Positions 17,666-25,261 of a DNA stretch of 36,884 nucleotides are shown piece by piece (position 1 is the first letter of the stretch; the number at the start of each line of letters is the position of its first letter). Source of the stretch: Chloroflexota bacterium (GTDB lineage Bacteria > Chloroflexota > Dehalococcoidia > Lucifugimonadales > JACQOS01); assembly GCA_016202425.1 (NCBI GenBank), contig JACQOS010000210.1:1-36884 (forward strand), read 5' to 3'. The notes beneath the pieces were generated by a model. It worked only from the letters and a program-made list of their open reading frames with translations. It was not told the origin of the DNA and ran no database searches. The position numbers and the translations under genes are program-made.

Positions 17666-17694
17666 ACTATATCAGATCAACTCAACTTTGTCAA
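17666..17694 (-). promoter_or_regulatory. Near-consensus sigma70-type promoter of the DGQHR/PC4 operon
   Basis: The minus strand reads TTGACA (17694-17689), a 17-nt spacer, then TATAGT (17671-17666). This is followed by a leader of about 50 nt and GGAGG-6nt-ATG. Confidence 0.65.
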
Positions 17695-17762
17695 GGCCCC
17701 ATCTGCCGCACTCCTCGTTGCACCCAGCGCATGGCAGAAATCGAATCTGACCCTGGTAGGCG

Positions 17763-18010
17763 GGTCTCAGAATGAGTGGCTCGCAGGTATCGCCGGCTCA
17801 AGCCCCCTTAACCCGTCCAATCCCTGCTACCGGCCCCAGAAATAGTGCAGGTATTGCTGCCCTGAGGCTCTGTGCCTCACCATGTCACCCTGAGCCCTTC
17901 GTCCCTCAGGGTGAACTCCGCGAAGGGTCTAAGGCCCATGCTTTAGATTCTTCGTCCCGACAAGTCGGGACTCAGAATGACACCCACAGGTATTGCCGAG
18001 CTTGTCCCTG
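17763..18010. repeat. Cluster of a second class of short palindromic/REP-like units in gene-free DNA
   Basis: ctcagaatga-N9-caggtat(c/t)gcc occurs twice (about 17767 and about 17972). Hairpins: caccctgag/ctcagggtg (17886-17913) and gtcccgac-aa-gtcgggac (17954-17971). Confidence 0.7.
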
Positions 18011-18294
18011 GCGAAGTGCGGCATGAGCGTCTGTTGAAGGGTGACGCGGGGTAGGCAGGTATGCGGCTCCGGGTTCTCGCCGGGTTGCGGTAGCGCCTTA
18101 CGGTGAAACGGTGCACAAGTAAGAGCTAGAGCCCTCTAGCTCCCAAAGAGCACCCCTGACCACCTGCAGCTACAACGGCCCTGCTTCTCCTGCTAACTCC
18201 TTTCGTGTATGCTCCCCCAGGCCTGAGCCGGGCCTCGCATCACCATGGCCTACCAAGTCACAAGCCCCGAAGCCGTCTCTCGGGGAGTTGCCGC

Positions 18295-19086
18295 ATGACG
18301 CCGGCCCTCTGGCTCGTCGTGGCCGGCCTCAGCTTCGGTGGGGGCGTCGTCACGGGGCTGCTGGGCGGCGGCGGCGCCTTGGTCATGGTGCCTCTGCTCC
18401 TCTACGGCCCGCCCCTGCTGGACGTCGGCGTCCTCCCCGTCAAGACCGTGGCGGCCATCGTCATCGTGTACGGCGTGTGTGCCACCGCCTCTGGCATCGT
18501 CGCCTACTACCGGCGGCGTCAGGTGTCCCTAACCGTCGCCGGGGCAGCGGGCGGCCTCATCGCCGGCGGCGCCCTTCTGGGAGGCGTGCTCTCCAAGTGG
18601 ACTCCGGATGCCCTGCTGCTGGCGGCCTTCGCGACCATGGCCACTCTCGGGGCCGTCCTCATGCTTCCGTCCGGCGGCCCCAGCCACGCCCCCAGCGGCG
18701 GCTACCGGCTGCGCCGGCCCTGGGTCCTGGGCCTTTTCTTCCCTGAGGGCGTCCTGGCCGGCATGGTGGGCGTGGGCGGCGGCTTCCTCACGGTGCCTGT
18801 GCTCCACGTCTTCATGGCGGTCCCCCTGCGCATGGCCATCGGCAGCTCCCTGGCCGTCAGTTGGTTTGGCCTGAGCGCGGGCCTGGCGGGCAAGCTGGTC
18901 ACCGGCCAGGTCCCCTTCTGGCTCTCCCTGGCCGCGGCCATCGGCGGCGTCGGCGGGGCGCAGCTAGGCGTCCTGGTCAACCGGCGAATCCGGGCGGCCT
19001 ACCTGCGCCACATGCTCGTGGGCCTTCTGGTGGTCGTCGCCGTGCGCTTCTGGTGGGAGACGCTCTCCAGGGCCGGTGTACTATAA
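18295..19086 (+). CDS. TauE/SafE-family (sulfite/anion exporter-like) membrane protein
   Basis: About 8 TM helices with Gly-rich repeats (GLLGGGGALVMVPLL; GMVGVGGGFLTVPVL). Start set at ATG 18295 (MTPALWLVVAG). Confidence 0.8.
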   Translation: MTPALWLVVAGLSFGGGVVTGLLGGGGALVMVPLLLYGPPLLDVGVLPVKTVAAIVIVYGVCATASGIVAYYRRRQVSLTVAGAAGGLIAGGALLGGVLSKWTPDALLLAAFATMATLGAVLMLPSGGPSHAPSGGYRLRRPWVLGLFFPEGVLAGMVGVGGGFLTVPVLHVFMAVPLRMAIGSSLAVSWFGLSAGLAGKLVTGQVPFWLSLAAAIGGVGGAQLGVLVNRRIRAAYLRHMLVGLLVVVAVRFWWETLSRAGVL

Positions 19087-19168
19087 TGGGGCGCCCAAAG
19101 GCCGCCTGAGCCGATGGGGAGACGCGAAAGGAGGGCTCCCAGCGAAGGGCCGGGGCGGGTGAGCCACC

Positions 19169-20335
19169 ATGTCCGTGACCTTTGACCTCGTCGGCACCGA
19201 TGGCGCGGCCCGCGTCGGGGTCCTGCACACGCCCCACGGGGACGTGCCGACGCCCGCCTTTCTCCCCGTGGCCACCCAGGGCTCCGTCAAGACCGTGGCC
19301 CCTCAGGAGCTGCGGGAGGCGGGGGTTCCCATGGTCCTGGGAAACACCTACCACCTGTTCCTTCGCCCCGGGGTGGAGAGGGTCCGGTCGCTGGGCGGGC
19401 TGAGCGCCTTCATGGGCTGGAACGGCCCCGTGATGACCGATAGCGGCGGCTTCCAGGCGTACAGTCTCGGCAGCCGGGTCCGCGTGAGGGAGGAGGGTCT
19501 CCAGTTCCAGTCGCCCGTGGACGGCAGCGTCCACCTGCTGACCCCCGAGGGGTCCATCGCCTACCAGGAGGCCCTGGGGTCCGACGTCGCCATGGTCCTG
19601 GACCAGTGCCTGGCCTACACGCAGGACCAAGAGGTCATCCGCTCCGCCATGGAGCGCACCCATCGCTGGGCGCAGCGGTCCAGGGCCGCACACTCGGATG
19701 CGCGACAGGCCCTCTTCGGCATCGTCCAGGGAGGTGTCTTCCCGGACCTGCGCGAGACATCGGCTGCCCTTGTCACGTCTTTGGGGTTCGCGGGATACGC
19801 CATCGGTGGACTCTCCGTGGGGGAACCCAAGGCCATGACCTACGCAACAGTCGCCGCCACCGCCTCCCTCCTTCCCCAGGAGCAGCCGCGCCACCTGCTG
19901 GGGGTAGGGTCACCGGAGGACCTGGTGGAGTGCGTAGCCCGTGGGGTGGACCTGTTCGACTGCGCCCTCCCCACCCGGGTCGCCCGCCACGGCGCACTGT
20001 TCACGTCCCAGGGGCGGGTCAACGTCACCAGCGCTGCGTTCAAGACGAGGCAGGGGCCCGTGGAGGAAGGGTGCGACTGCTTCGCCTGCCGCCATTTTTC
20101 TGCGGCCTACCTGAACCACCTGCTGCGGGCCAGCGAGCTTCTGGGCCTCCGCCTGGCCACCATCCACAACCTGCGGTTCGTCGCCAGGACCATGGAGCAG
20201 ATGCGTGAGGCCATCCTGAAGGGGGCCTTCTCAGCCTTTGCCGAAGATTTCCTCCGCCGGTACCGGCCAGCCCACGAGGAAGAGCGCGTGGAGCAGCGCC
20301 GCAAGAGGCTAGCTATCCGCGCTCGCGTAACCTAG
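19169..20335 (+). CDS. tgt: Queuine tRNA-ribosyltransferase (tRNA-guanine transglycosylase)
   Basis: Collinear with bacterial Tgt: LGNTYHL, MTDSGGFQ, GGLSVGEP, LLGVGSPEDL, and Zn site CDCFAC..x..H (AYLNHL). Confidence 0.95.
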   Translation: MSVTFDLVGTDGAARVGVLHTPHGDVPTPAFLPVATQGSVKTVAPQELREAGVPMVLGNTYHLFLRPGVERVRSLGGLSAFMGWNGPVMTDSGGFQAYSLGSRVRVREEGLQFQSPVDGSVHLLTPEGSIAYQEALGSDVAMVLDQCLAYTQDQEVIRSAMERTHRWAQRSRAAHSDARQALFGIVQGGVFPDLRETSAALVTSLGFAGYAIGGLSVGEPKAMTYATVAATASLLPQEQPRHLLGVGSPEDLVECVARGVDLFDCALPTRVARHGALFTSQGRVNVTSAAFKTRQGPVEEGCDCFACRHFSAAYLNHLLRASELLGLRLATIHNLRFVARTMEQMREAILKGAFSAFAEDFLRRYRPAHEEERVEQRRKRLAIRARVT

Positions 20336-20481
20336 CCCAGCAGAGGGGCACCGGGCCACTGCCGTCGCACGCCTGGGCAAGGGAACGTTGACACACCCGC
20401 CGCTTTCTGGTACAAGAGGCGCCTAAGAAGAGCAAGTCCATCGCAGGGGCCGGACCACCCCCGGCCCAGAGGAACGCCCGC

Positions 20482-21012
20482 ATGGATGCCCAGGAGTTCG
20501 TTCGCTTCGCCATCGAGAGGACGAGGGGGGCCACCCTGGCCATGGTCCGCGACGTGCGCCAGGAGGACCTGGCCTGGCGGCCCGGCCCGGAGGCGAACCC
20601 CATCGGTTTCCTGCTCTTCCATATCTTCCGCTCCGAAGACAGGCTGCTGCACAGGCTCCTGGGTGGGACCGACGAGGTCTGGGACCGCGAGGGATGGGAT
20701 CGCCGCTGGCGCCTTCCCCCGCCGCCGCCCGACGCCGCAGAGCTCTGGTTCACCGGAAACAGTTGGACGCCAGCTCAGGTAGCCGCCTGGAAGGCTCCGG
20801 CCAAGGAGGAGCTGCTCGCCTACGGCGAGCAGGCCCACCGCAGCGGCCTGGAGGTCCTCCCCAAGCTCGATCCCGCCCAGTGGCACGTCCTGGTGCGGCC
20901 CGAGCGGACGCGCGCCTTCTACCTTCATCTGGTCATGCATCACGAGGCCCAGCACCAGGGACAGATCGACTACGTCGCCGGCATCCTGAGGACGCGAGGC
21001 GGGACCCGCTAG
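20482..21012 (+). CDS. DinB-family (DinB_2-like four-helix bundle) protein, paralog 1
   Basis: ANPIGFLLFHIFRSEDR ... HHEAQHQGQIDYV shows the His triad pattern of DinB/YfiT-like proteins. Confidence 0.75.
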   Translation: MDAQEFVRFAIERTRGATLAMVRDVRQEDLAWRPGPEANPIGFLLFHIFRSEDRLLHRLLGGTDEVWDREGWDRRWRLPPPPPDAAELWFTGNSWTPAQVAAWKAPAKEELLAYGEQAHRSGLEVLPKLDPAQWHVLVRPERTRAFYLHLVMHHEAQHQGQIDYVAGILRTRGGTR

Positions 21013-21038
21013 CGCAACGTTCGGCAAAGGGGAGCAGC

Positions 21039-21620
21039 ATGGACCTCCGTGAGTACGTGGCCCAGGCCCTGGAGAGGACACGCCAGCGAACGCTGGACAT
21101 GGTGCAGGACCTGCGCCAGGAGGACCTGGCCTGGCGGCCCGGCCCGGAGGCCAACCCTGTAGGCTTTCTCCTCTTCCACGTCTTCCGGTCAGAAGACCGC
21201 TACTTCCACGTCTGGCTGAGCCCCGCCGGGGAGGTTTGGTCCCGAGAAGGGTGGGACCGGCGATGGCCAATGCCCCAGCCTCCGCCCGACGCCCCCGACC
21301 AATGGACCACAGGCTTCTCCTGGACGCCGCAGCACGTAGGCGCCTGGGCCCCGCCACCCAGGGAGGAGCTGCTCGACTACGGCCAGCGGGTCCGCAAGAG
21401 CGCCCTGCTGGTGCTGGGGCGTCTCGACCTCGGCCTGCTGCCCGTGCCGGTGCGCCCGGATCAACCTCTCAGGACCCGCGCCTACTTCCTCTACCAGGCC
21501 TCCCATCACGAGGCCCAGCACCAGGGGCAGATCGACTACATCAGCGGCCTGAGAAAAGCAGGAGCGGCCCCCTCGCGAGGGGGCCGCTCCTCGGCGTCAC
21601 GTGCCAGGAAGCGCGCCTAG
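21039..21620 (+). CDS. DinB-family protein, paralog 2
   Basis: Same motifs (ANPVGFLLFHVFRSEDR ... HHEAQHQGQIDYI). Start set at ATG 21039 (MDLREYVAQ). Its stop overlaps the moaD-like stop through a shared CTAG. Confidence 0.75.
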   Translation: MDLREYVAQALERTRQRTLDMVQDLRQEDLAWRPGPEANPVGFLLFHVFRSEDRYFHVWLSPAGEVWSREGWDRRWPMPQPPPDAPDQWTTGFSWTPQHVGAWAPPPREELLDYGQRVRKSALLVLGRLDLGLLPVPVRPDQPLRTRAYFLYQASHHEAQHQGQIDYISGLRKAGAAPSRGGRSSASRARKRA

Positions 21621-21892
21621 CCTCCCGCCACTGCGGGAACGATGCTCACCTCGTCCCCGGGCTTGGTAGCGGTGTCCAGGCCCTGGAGGAACCGAACGTC
21701 CTCCCCGTTCAGGTAGATGTTGACGAAGTACCGGAGGTCCCCCGTCTCGTCGCACAGGCGCTCTTTCAGCCCGGGATACCTGGCATCCAGGACGTTGATG
21801 GTCTCTGCCAGGGTAGTGGCCTCCACCTCTACCCGCGGCGCTCCTGCGGTCACGCGACGCAACGGGCCAGGAATTCTCACCACGACAGCCAT
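21617..21892 (-). CDS. MoaD/ThiS-family ubiquitin-like sulfur carrier ending in Gly-Gly
   Basis: 91 aa beta-grasp-like sequence ending ..VSIVPAVAGG directly before the stop. Confidence 0.85.
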   Translation of the reverse strand: MAVVVRIPGPLRRVTAGAPRVEVEATTLAETINVLDARYPGLKERLCDETGDLRYFVNIYLNGEDVRFLQGLDTATKPGDEVSIVPAVAGG

Positions 21893-21953
21893 GCGATCAT
21901 GCCTCCCCCCCCCCGTTGCCGATAGACCCCCGAACGGGGGAAAACAGGAAACG

Positions 21954-21962
21954 ATTATACCA
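21954..21962 (-). promoter_or_regulatory. Extended -10 element (TGgTATAAT) upstream of the MoaD-like gene
   Basis: The minus strand reads cTGGTATAATcg, then a leader of about 55 nt with hairpin cccccg-tt-cggggg and a G-rich RBS. Confidence 0.4.
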
Positions 21963-21984
21963 GAAGCGCCAACTCTCCCCTACC

Positions 21985-22227
21985 CTACCCCTCCACCACG
22001 TCGCCGCTGACCGGATCCACCCGGACCCCCACCTCCCGGACCCATTTGAGCCCCCGCTCGATCTCGCCCGCCTCGCCGTCTATCTCCAGGACTACCCACC
22101 CCATGTCGGCGCGGACGTCGGCGCGGCGGATGTTGGTGACCACCCGGAACTTCTGGCCCAGTCGGTAGATGACGGGCTCAGTGATGAGGCCGGGCGGGAA
22201 GGTGAACTTCACCCGTTTCGTGACCAT
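21985..22227 (-). CDS. Stand-alone NIL-domain protein
   Basis: 80 aa. VKFTFPPGLITEPVIYRLGQKFRVVTNIRRADV...GWVVLEIDGE matches the NIL (MetN C-terminal-like) pattern. Confidence 0.7.
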   Translation of the reverse strand: MVTKRVKFTFPPGLITEPVIYRLGQKFRVVTNIRRADVRADMGWVVLEIDGEAGEIERGLKWVREVGVRVDPVSGDVVEG

Positions 22228-22289
22228 GCCTGCCCCTCCTATGAAAGTCGAAGACTCTTCGAGCTGGGCTCCGTCTCCGGGCTCCCGAC

Positions 22290-23594
22290 CTACCTGGCCA
22301 CGGCACCCCGAAGGGCCTCTTCAAAAGATGCCAGCGTCGGCCGGATGGCCAGGGGATGGACCAAGTGCTCCACGACCTCCTGGGTCTTCAGGCCGTTGCC
22401 GGTGATGTAGGCCACCGTCAGCTCTTGGGGCTTGATGGCGCCTTCCTCCGCCAGGTGCCGCAGTCCAGAGACCACCACACCCCCAGCGCCCTCGGTGAAG
22501 ATCCCCTCCGTCTCCGCCAGCAACTTGATGCCCTGGGCTACCTCCTCCTCGGGGACGGCCGTGGCCGTGCCGTGGGAGTCCCGGATGGTCCTGAGGGCGA
22601 AAAGGCCGTCGGCGGGATTGCCGATGGCCAGGGACTTGGCGATGGTGTGGGGGCGCACCGGACGCACGTGCAGGCTGTTGGCCCGATGCGCCTCCACGAT
22701 AGGCGAGCATCCTTCCGCCTGCGTGAGGTGCATCCGGGTGGCCACCTTGCCAATGAGCCCCAGAGACGCGAACTCGTGGAACCCTTTCCAGATCTTGGTG
22801 AACATGGAGCCGGAGGCGACGGGGACCACGGCATGGTCTGGGGCCCGCCAGCCCAGTTGCTCGGCCACCTCGTAGGCCAGGGTCTTGCTCCCCTCCGCGT
22901 AGTACGGCCGGATGTTGATGTTCACAAAAGCCCACGGGTACGCATCGGCCAGCTCCGAGCACAGGCGGTTCACGTCATCGTAGGAGCCGTCCACGGCCAC
23001 CAGGGTCGGGTTATAGACGGCCGCACCCACCACCTTGCCCCGCTCCAGGTCGGCTGGAATGAACACGTAGGCCTTCATGCTCGCGCGAGCGGCGTGAGCG
23101 GCGACGCTACACGCCAGGTTCCCAGTGGACGCGCACGCGAGAGTATCGAACCCGAACTCGCGGGCTTTGGTCGCCGCCACGCTCACCACCCGGTCCTTGA
23201 AGGAGTAGCTGGGGTTCACCGCATCGTTCTTGACGTACAGGTGCTCCAGGCCCAGGAGCCTGCCCAGGTTCCGGCAGCGGACGAGGGGCGTGAAGCCGGC
23301 GTTGATGTCCACCGCCTCCTCGCCGTCCACGGGGAGGAGAGCGGCGTAACGCCACATGGAGAGAGGCCCCTGGACGATGCGCTCCCGGCTCAGCACCCGG
23401 GCGATGGCGTCGTAGTCGTACACCACCTCCAGGGGGCCGAAACAGAACTCACAGACGTTCAGAGGTTCGACGGCGTATTCCCGGCTGCACGAGCGGCAGC
23501 GGAGCGCTGTCACGTAGGCCAAAGCACTGCTCCCGTGGGCGCCTCCCGACGGACTCCCGACGCTGCGACGCACGAACGCCGAAGCGGAGTCCAT
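22290..23594 (-). CDS. Threonine-synthase-like fold-type II PLP enzyme with an N-terminal Zn ribbon
   Basis: CRSCSREY..CEFCFGPLEV Zn ribbon. PLP-lysine context PSYSFKDR. Gly-rich PLP phosphate loop (VPVASGSMFT). Clustering with a sulfur carrier makes plain ThrC function uncertain. Confidence 0.8.
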   Translation of the reverse strand: MDSASAFVRRSVGSPSGGAHGSSALAYVTALRCRSCSREYAVEPLNVCEFCFGPLEVVYDYDAIARVLSRERIVQGPLSMWRYAALLPVDGEEAVDINAGFTPLVRCRNLGRLLGLEHLYVKNDAVNPSYSFKDRVVSVAATKAREFGFDTLACASTGNLACSVAAHAARASMKAYVFIPADLERGKVVGAAVYNPTLVAVDGSYDDVNRLCSELADAYPWAFVNINIRPYYAEGSKTLAYEVAEQLGWRAPDHAVVPVASGSMFTKIWKGFHEFASLGLIGKVATRMHLTQAEGCSPIVEAHRANSLHVRPVRPHTIAKSLAIGNPADGLFALRTIRDSHGTATAVPEEEVAQGIKLLAETEGIFTEGAGGVVVSGLRHLAEEGAIKPQELTVAYITGNGLKTQEVVEHLVHPLAIRPTLASFEEALRGAVAR

Positions 23595-23646
23595 GGTAGC
23601 AAGCCCAGCTACAGAGTGTCAACCGCAGGGCAACTACGGGCCCGAT

Positions 23647-24909
23647 CTACACAAAGCCCCGAAGCTCCACCGCCCGGGCCACCCGCTCCACGCTGATCTC
23701 GAAGGCCGCCTCCCGCAACATGAGCGAGTCCCGCCGGGCCCGTTCATACACCTCCTGGAAGGCCCGCGTCATCACCTTGCGGAGCTCCTCGTTCACCCGT
23801 TCCTCGTCCCAGCGGAACTCCTGGATGTTCTGCGCCCACTCGAAGTAGGAGACGGTGACGCCCCCGGCATTGACGAGCAGGTCCGGGAGCATCACCACGC
23901 CCCGCTCGTTCAGGATAGCGTCCGCCTCAGGCGTGGTGGGCATGTTGGCCCCTTCCAGCACGATCCTGGCGCGCACGCGAGGCGCGTTCGCCTTGTGCAG
24001 CACGTGCCCCACGGCCGCGGGCACCAGGATGTCGCACGGCAGCTCCAGCAGTTCCGCGTTGGTCACGGGCTCGCTATCGCGAAAGCCAGCCACCCACCGG
24101 CCTTCGCGGACGTGGTCCAGCAACGCGCGAAAGGCAAGACCCTTGGGGTTGTGGATGCCTCCCCGCACGTCGCTCACAGCGATCACCTTGCAGCCTGCGC
24201 CCTCCAGCAGCCGCGCCACCCACGAGCCCACTTGGCCAAAGCCCTGGACGGCTACCGTGGCGCCCGACAGCTCCTGCCCGACGAGCCGACAGTACTCCTG
24301 GAGGCAGTACACGGCACCCCTCCCGGGGGCCGCCTCCCGGCCGTAGGACCCGCCAAGCTCCACGGGCTTGCCGGTGACGATGCCTGGCTCATAGCCGTGC
24401 AACTGCCCGTAGGCGTCCATCATCCAGGCCATGGTCTGGCTGTTGGTGTTCAGGTCAGGGGCGGGGATGTCCCGGTTCACCCCCAGGATGTGGGAGATGT
24501 TCTGGGTGTAGCGACGGGTCAGGCGGTTGAGCTCGCCCTGGCTCATCTCGTCGGGGTCGCACTGCACGCCGCCCTTGGCGCCGCCGAAGGGGACCCCCAC
24601 CAGGGCCGTCTTCCAGGTCATGAGAGCGGCGAGGGCCCGAACCTCATCGATGTCTGCTTCGGGATGATAGCGCACTCCCCCCTTGTACGGCCCGCGGGCG
24701 CCGTTGTGCTGGACCCGGTAGCCGACAAACACTTTCAGGCGGCCGCTGTCCAGGCGCACCGGCACCTCCACCCGCAGCTCTCGCCACGGCCAGCGCAGGA
24801 GCTCCCGGAGGTCGTCGTCCACCCCCAGGCGCTCCGCAGCCCCGTCGAAGTAGAGGCACACCTCCTGGAAAGGGTTCAGCTCCCCGCGGGGGTCTTCCAT
24901 CGTCGTCAC
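23647..24909 (-). CDS. gdhA: Glu/Leu/Phe/Val-family dehydrogenase, most likely glutamate dehydrogenase
   Basis: Catalytic Lys box VPFGGAKGGV and dinucleotide fold VQGFGQVGSW. The 420-aa length is typical of hexameric GDH. Confidence 0.9.
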   Translation of the reverse strand: MTTMEDPRGELNPFQEVCLYFDGAAERLGVDDDLRELLRWPWRELRVEVPVRLDSGRLKVFVGYRVQHNGARGPYKGGVRYHPEADIDEVRALAALMTWKTALVGVPFGGAKGGVQCDPDEMSQGELNRLTRRYTQNISHILGVNRDIPAPDLNTNSQTMAWMMDAYGQLHGYEPGIVTGKPVELGGSYGREAAPGRGAVYCLQEYCRLVGQELSGATVAVQGFGQVGSWVARLLEGAGCKVIAVSDVRGGIHNPKGLAFRALLDHVREGRWVAGFRDSEPVTNAELLELPCDILVPAAVGHVLHKANAPRVRARIVLEGANMPTTPEADAILNERGVVMLPDLLVNAGGVTVSYFEWAQNIQEFRWDEERVNEELRKVMTRAFQEVYERARRDSLMLREAAFEISVERVARAVELRGFV

Positions 24910-24963
24910 CTCCGGCCTGCAACCACCGGCCTCCCCAGCATACGGCCATCTGCCGGAAAGCGC

Positions 24964-25118
24964 CAGCAGGCTGCTGAAAAAGGGGAGTCCAGTCCCGACT
25001 CGTCGGGATTGGCGGGGGCCTGGGGGTGTCCCCCAGATACAATTTCTTCCCCCTTCCTGGCAAGGAAGGGGGCGCGGGGGATGGTCGTCCCGACCAGTCG
25101 GGATTCAGCAGCCTGCTA
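24964..25118 (-). repeat. Modular palindromic element, copy D, bounded by about 15-bp terminal inverted repeats
   Basis: cagcaggctgctgaa (24964-24978) pairs with ttcagcagcctgct (25104-25117). The interior carries the cccgac-N4-gtcggga, ctgggggtgtcccccag and cttcctggcaaggaag hairpin modules in reverse order relative to copies A and B. Confidence 0.8.
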
Positions 25119-25179
25119 GGGAGGGCGCTGCCATACCCCTCCCCTGGTGCTCCAGTCCATCCATGATGGTGATGTCTCT

Positions 25180-25242
25180 ATGTCAAGACTCCTACAAGAT
25201 GTTCGCAGCAATCTTGACATGAGGAATGTCAGCTGCTATGAT
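25180..25242 (+). promoter_or_regulatory. Promoter (TTGACA-17-TATGAT) with HAIR-like inverted repeats; candidate HspR operator
   Basis: TTGACA at 25214-25219 and TATGAT at 25237-25242. CTTGACA-N7-TGTCAGC spans the spacer. A perfect partner half-site TGTCAAG lies at 25181-25187. Confidence 0.55.
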
Positions 25243-25261
25243 GGCTGCGGCGGGTGGAGAC

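Noticed and set aside
17772-18026. An 84-aa ORF lies in the gene-free spacer.
   Set aside because: Its translation is built from the REP-like units (..HPEPFVPQGELREGS.. and ..SSSRQVGTQNDT..). These are typical pseudo-peptides of palindromic repeats, not a real gene.
19169-20335. The tgt gene lies about 1.5 kb from the DGQHR gene. This raised the idea of a DpdA/DpdB-type 7-deazaguanine DNA-modification pair.
   Set aside because: The protein is collinear with canonical tRNA-guanine transglycosylase (LGNTYHL, TDSGGFQ, the CxCxxC..H zinc site, normal length). It has host-like high GC, lies on the opposite strand, and is separated from the island by a tauE-like gene and a long spacer. No preQ0 synthesis or dpdC-K genes are present. 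A check by phylogeny is still worthwhile, but I treat the proximity as coincidental.
21893-21984. The leader of the MoaD-like gene could be a riboswitch (for example SAM or preQ1 class).
   Set aside because: It is only about 55 nt with a single short cccccg/cggggg hairpin and a G-run. I cannot match it to any riboswitch consensus I know. I kept it only as a possible promoter and structured leader.
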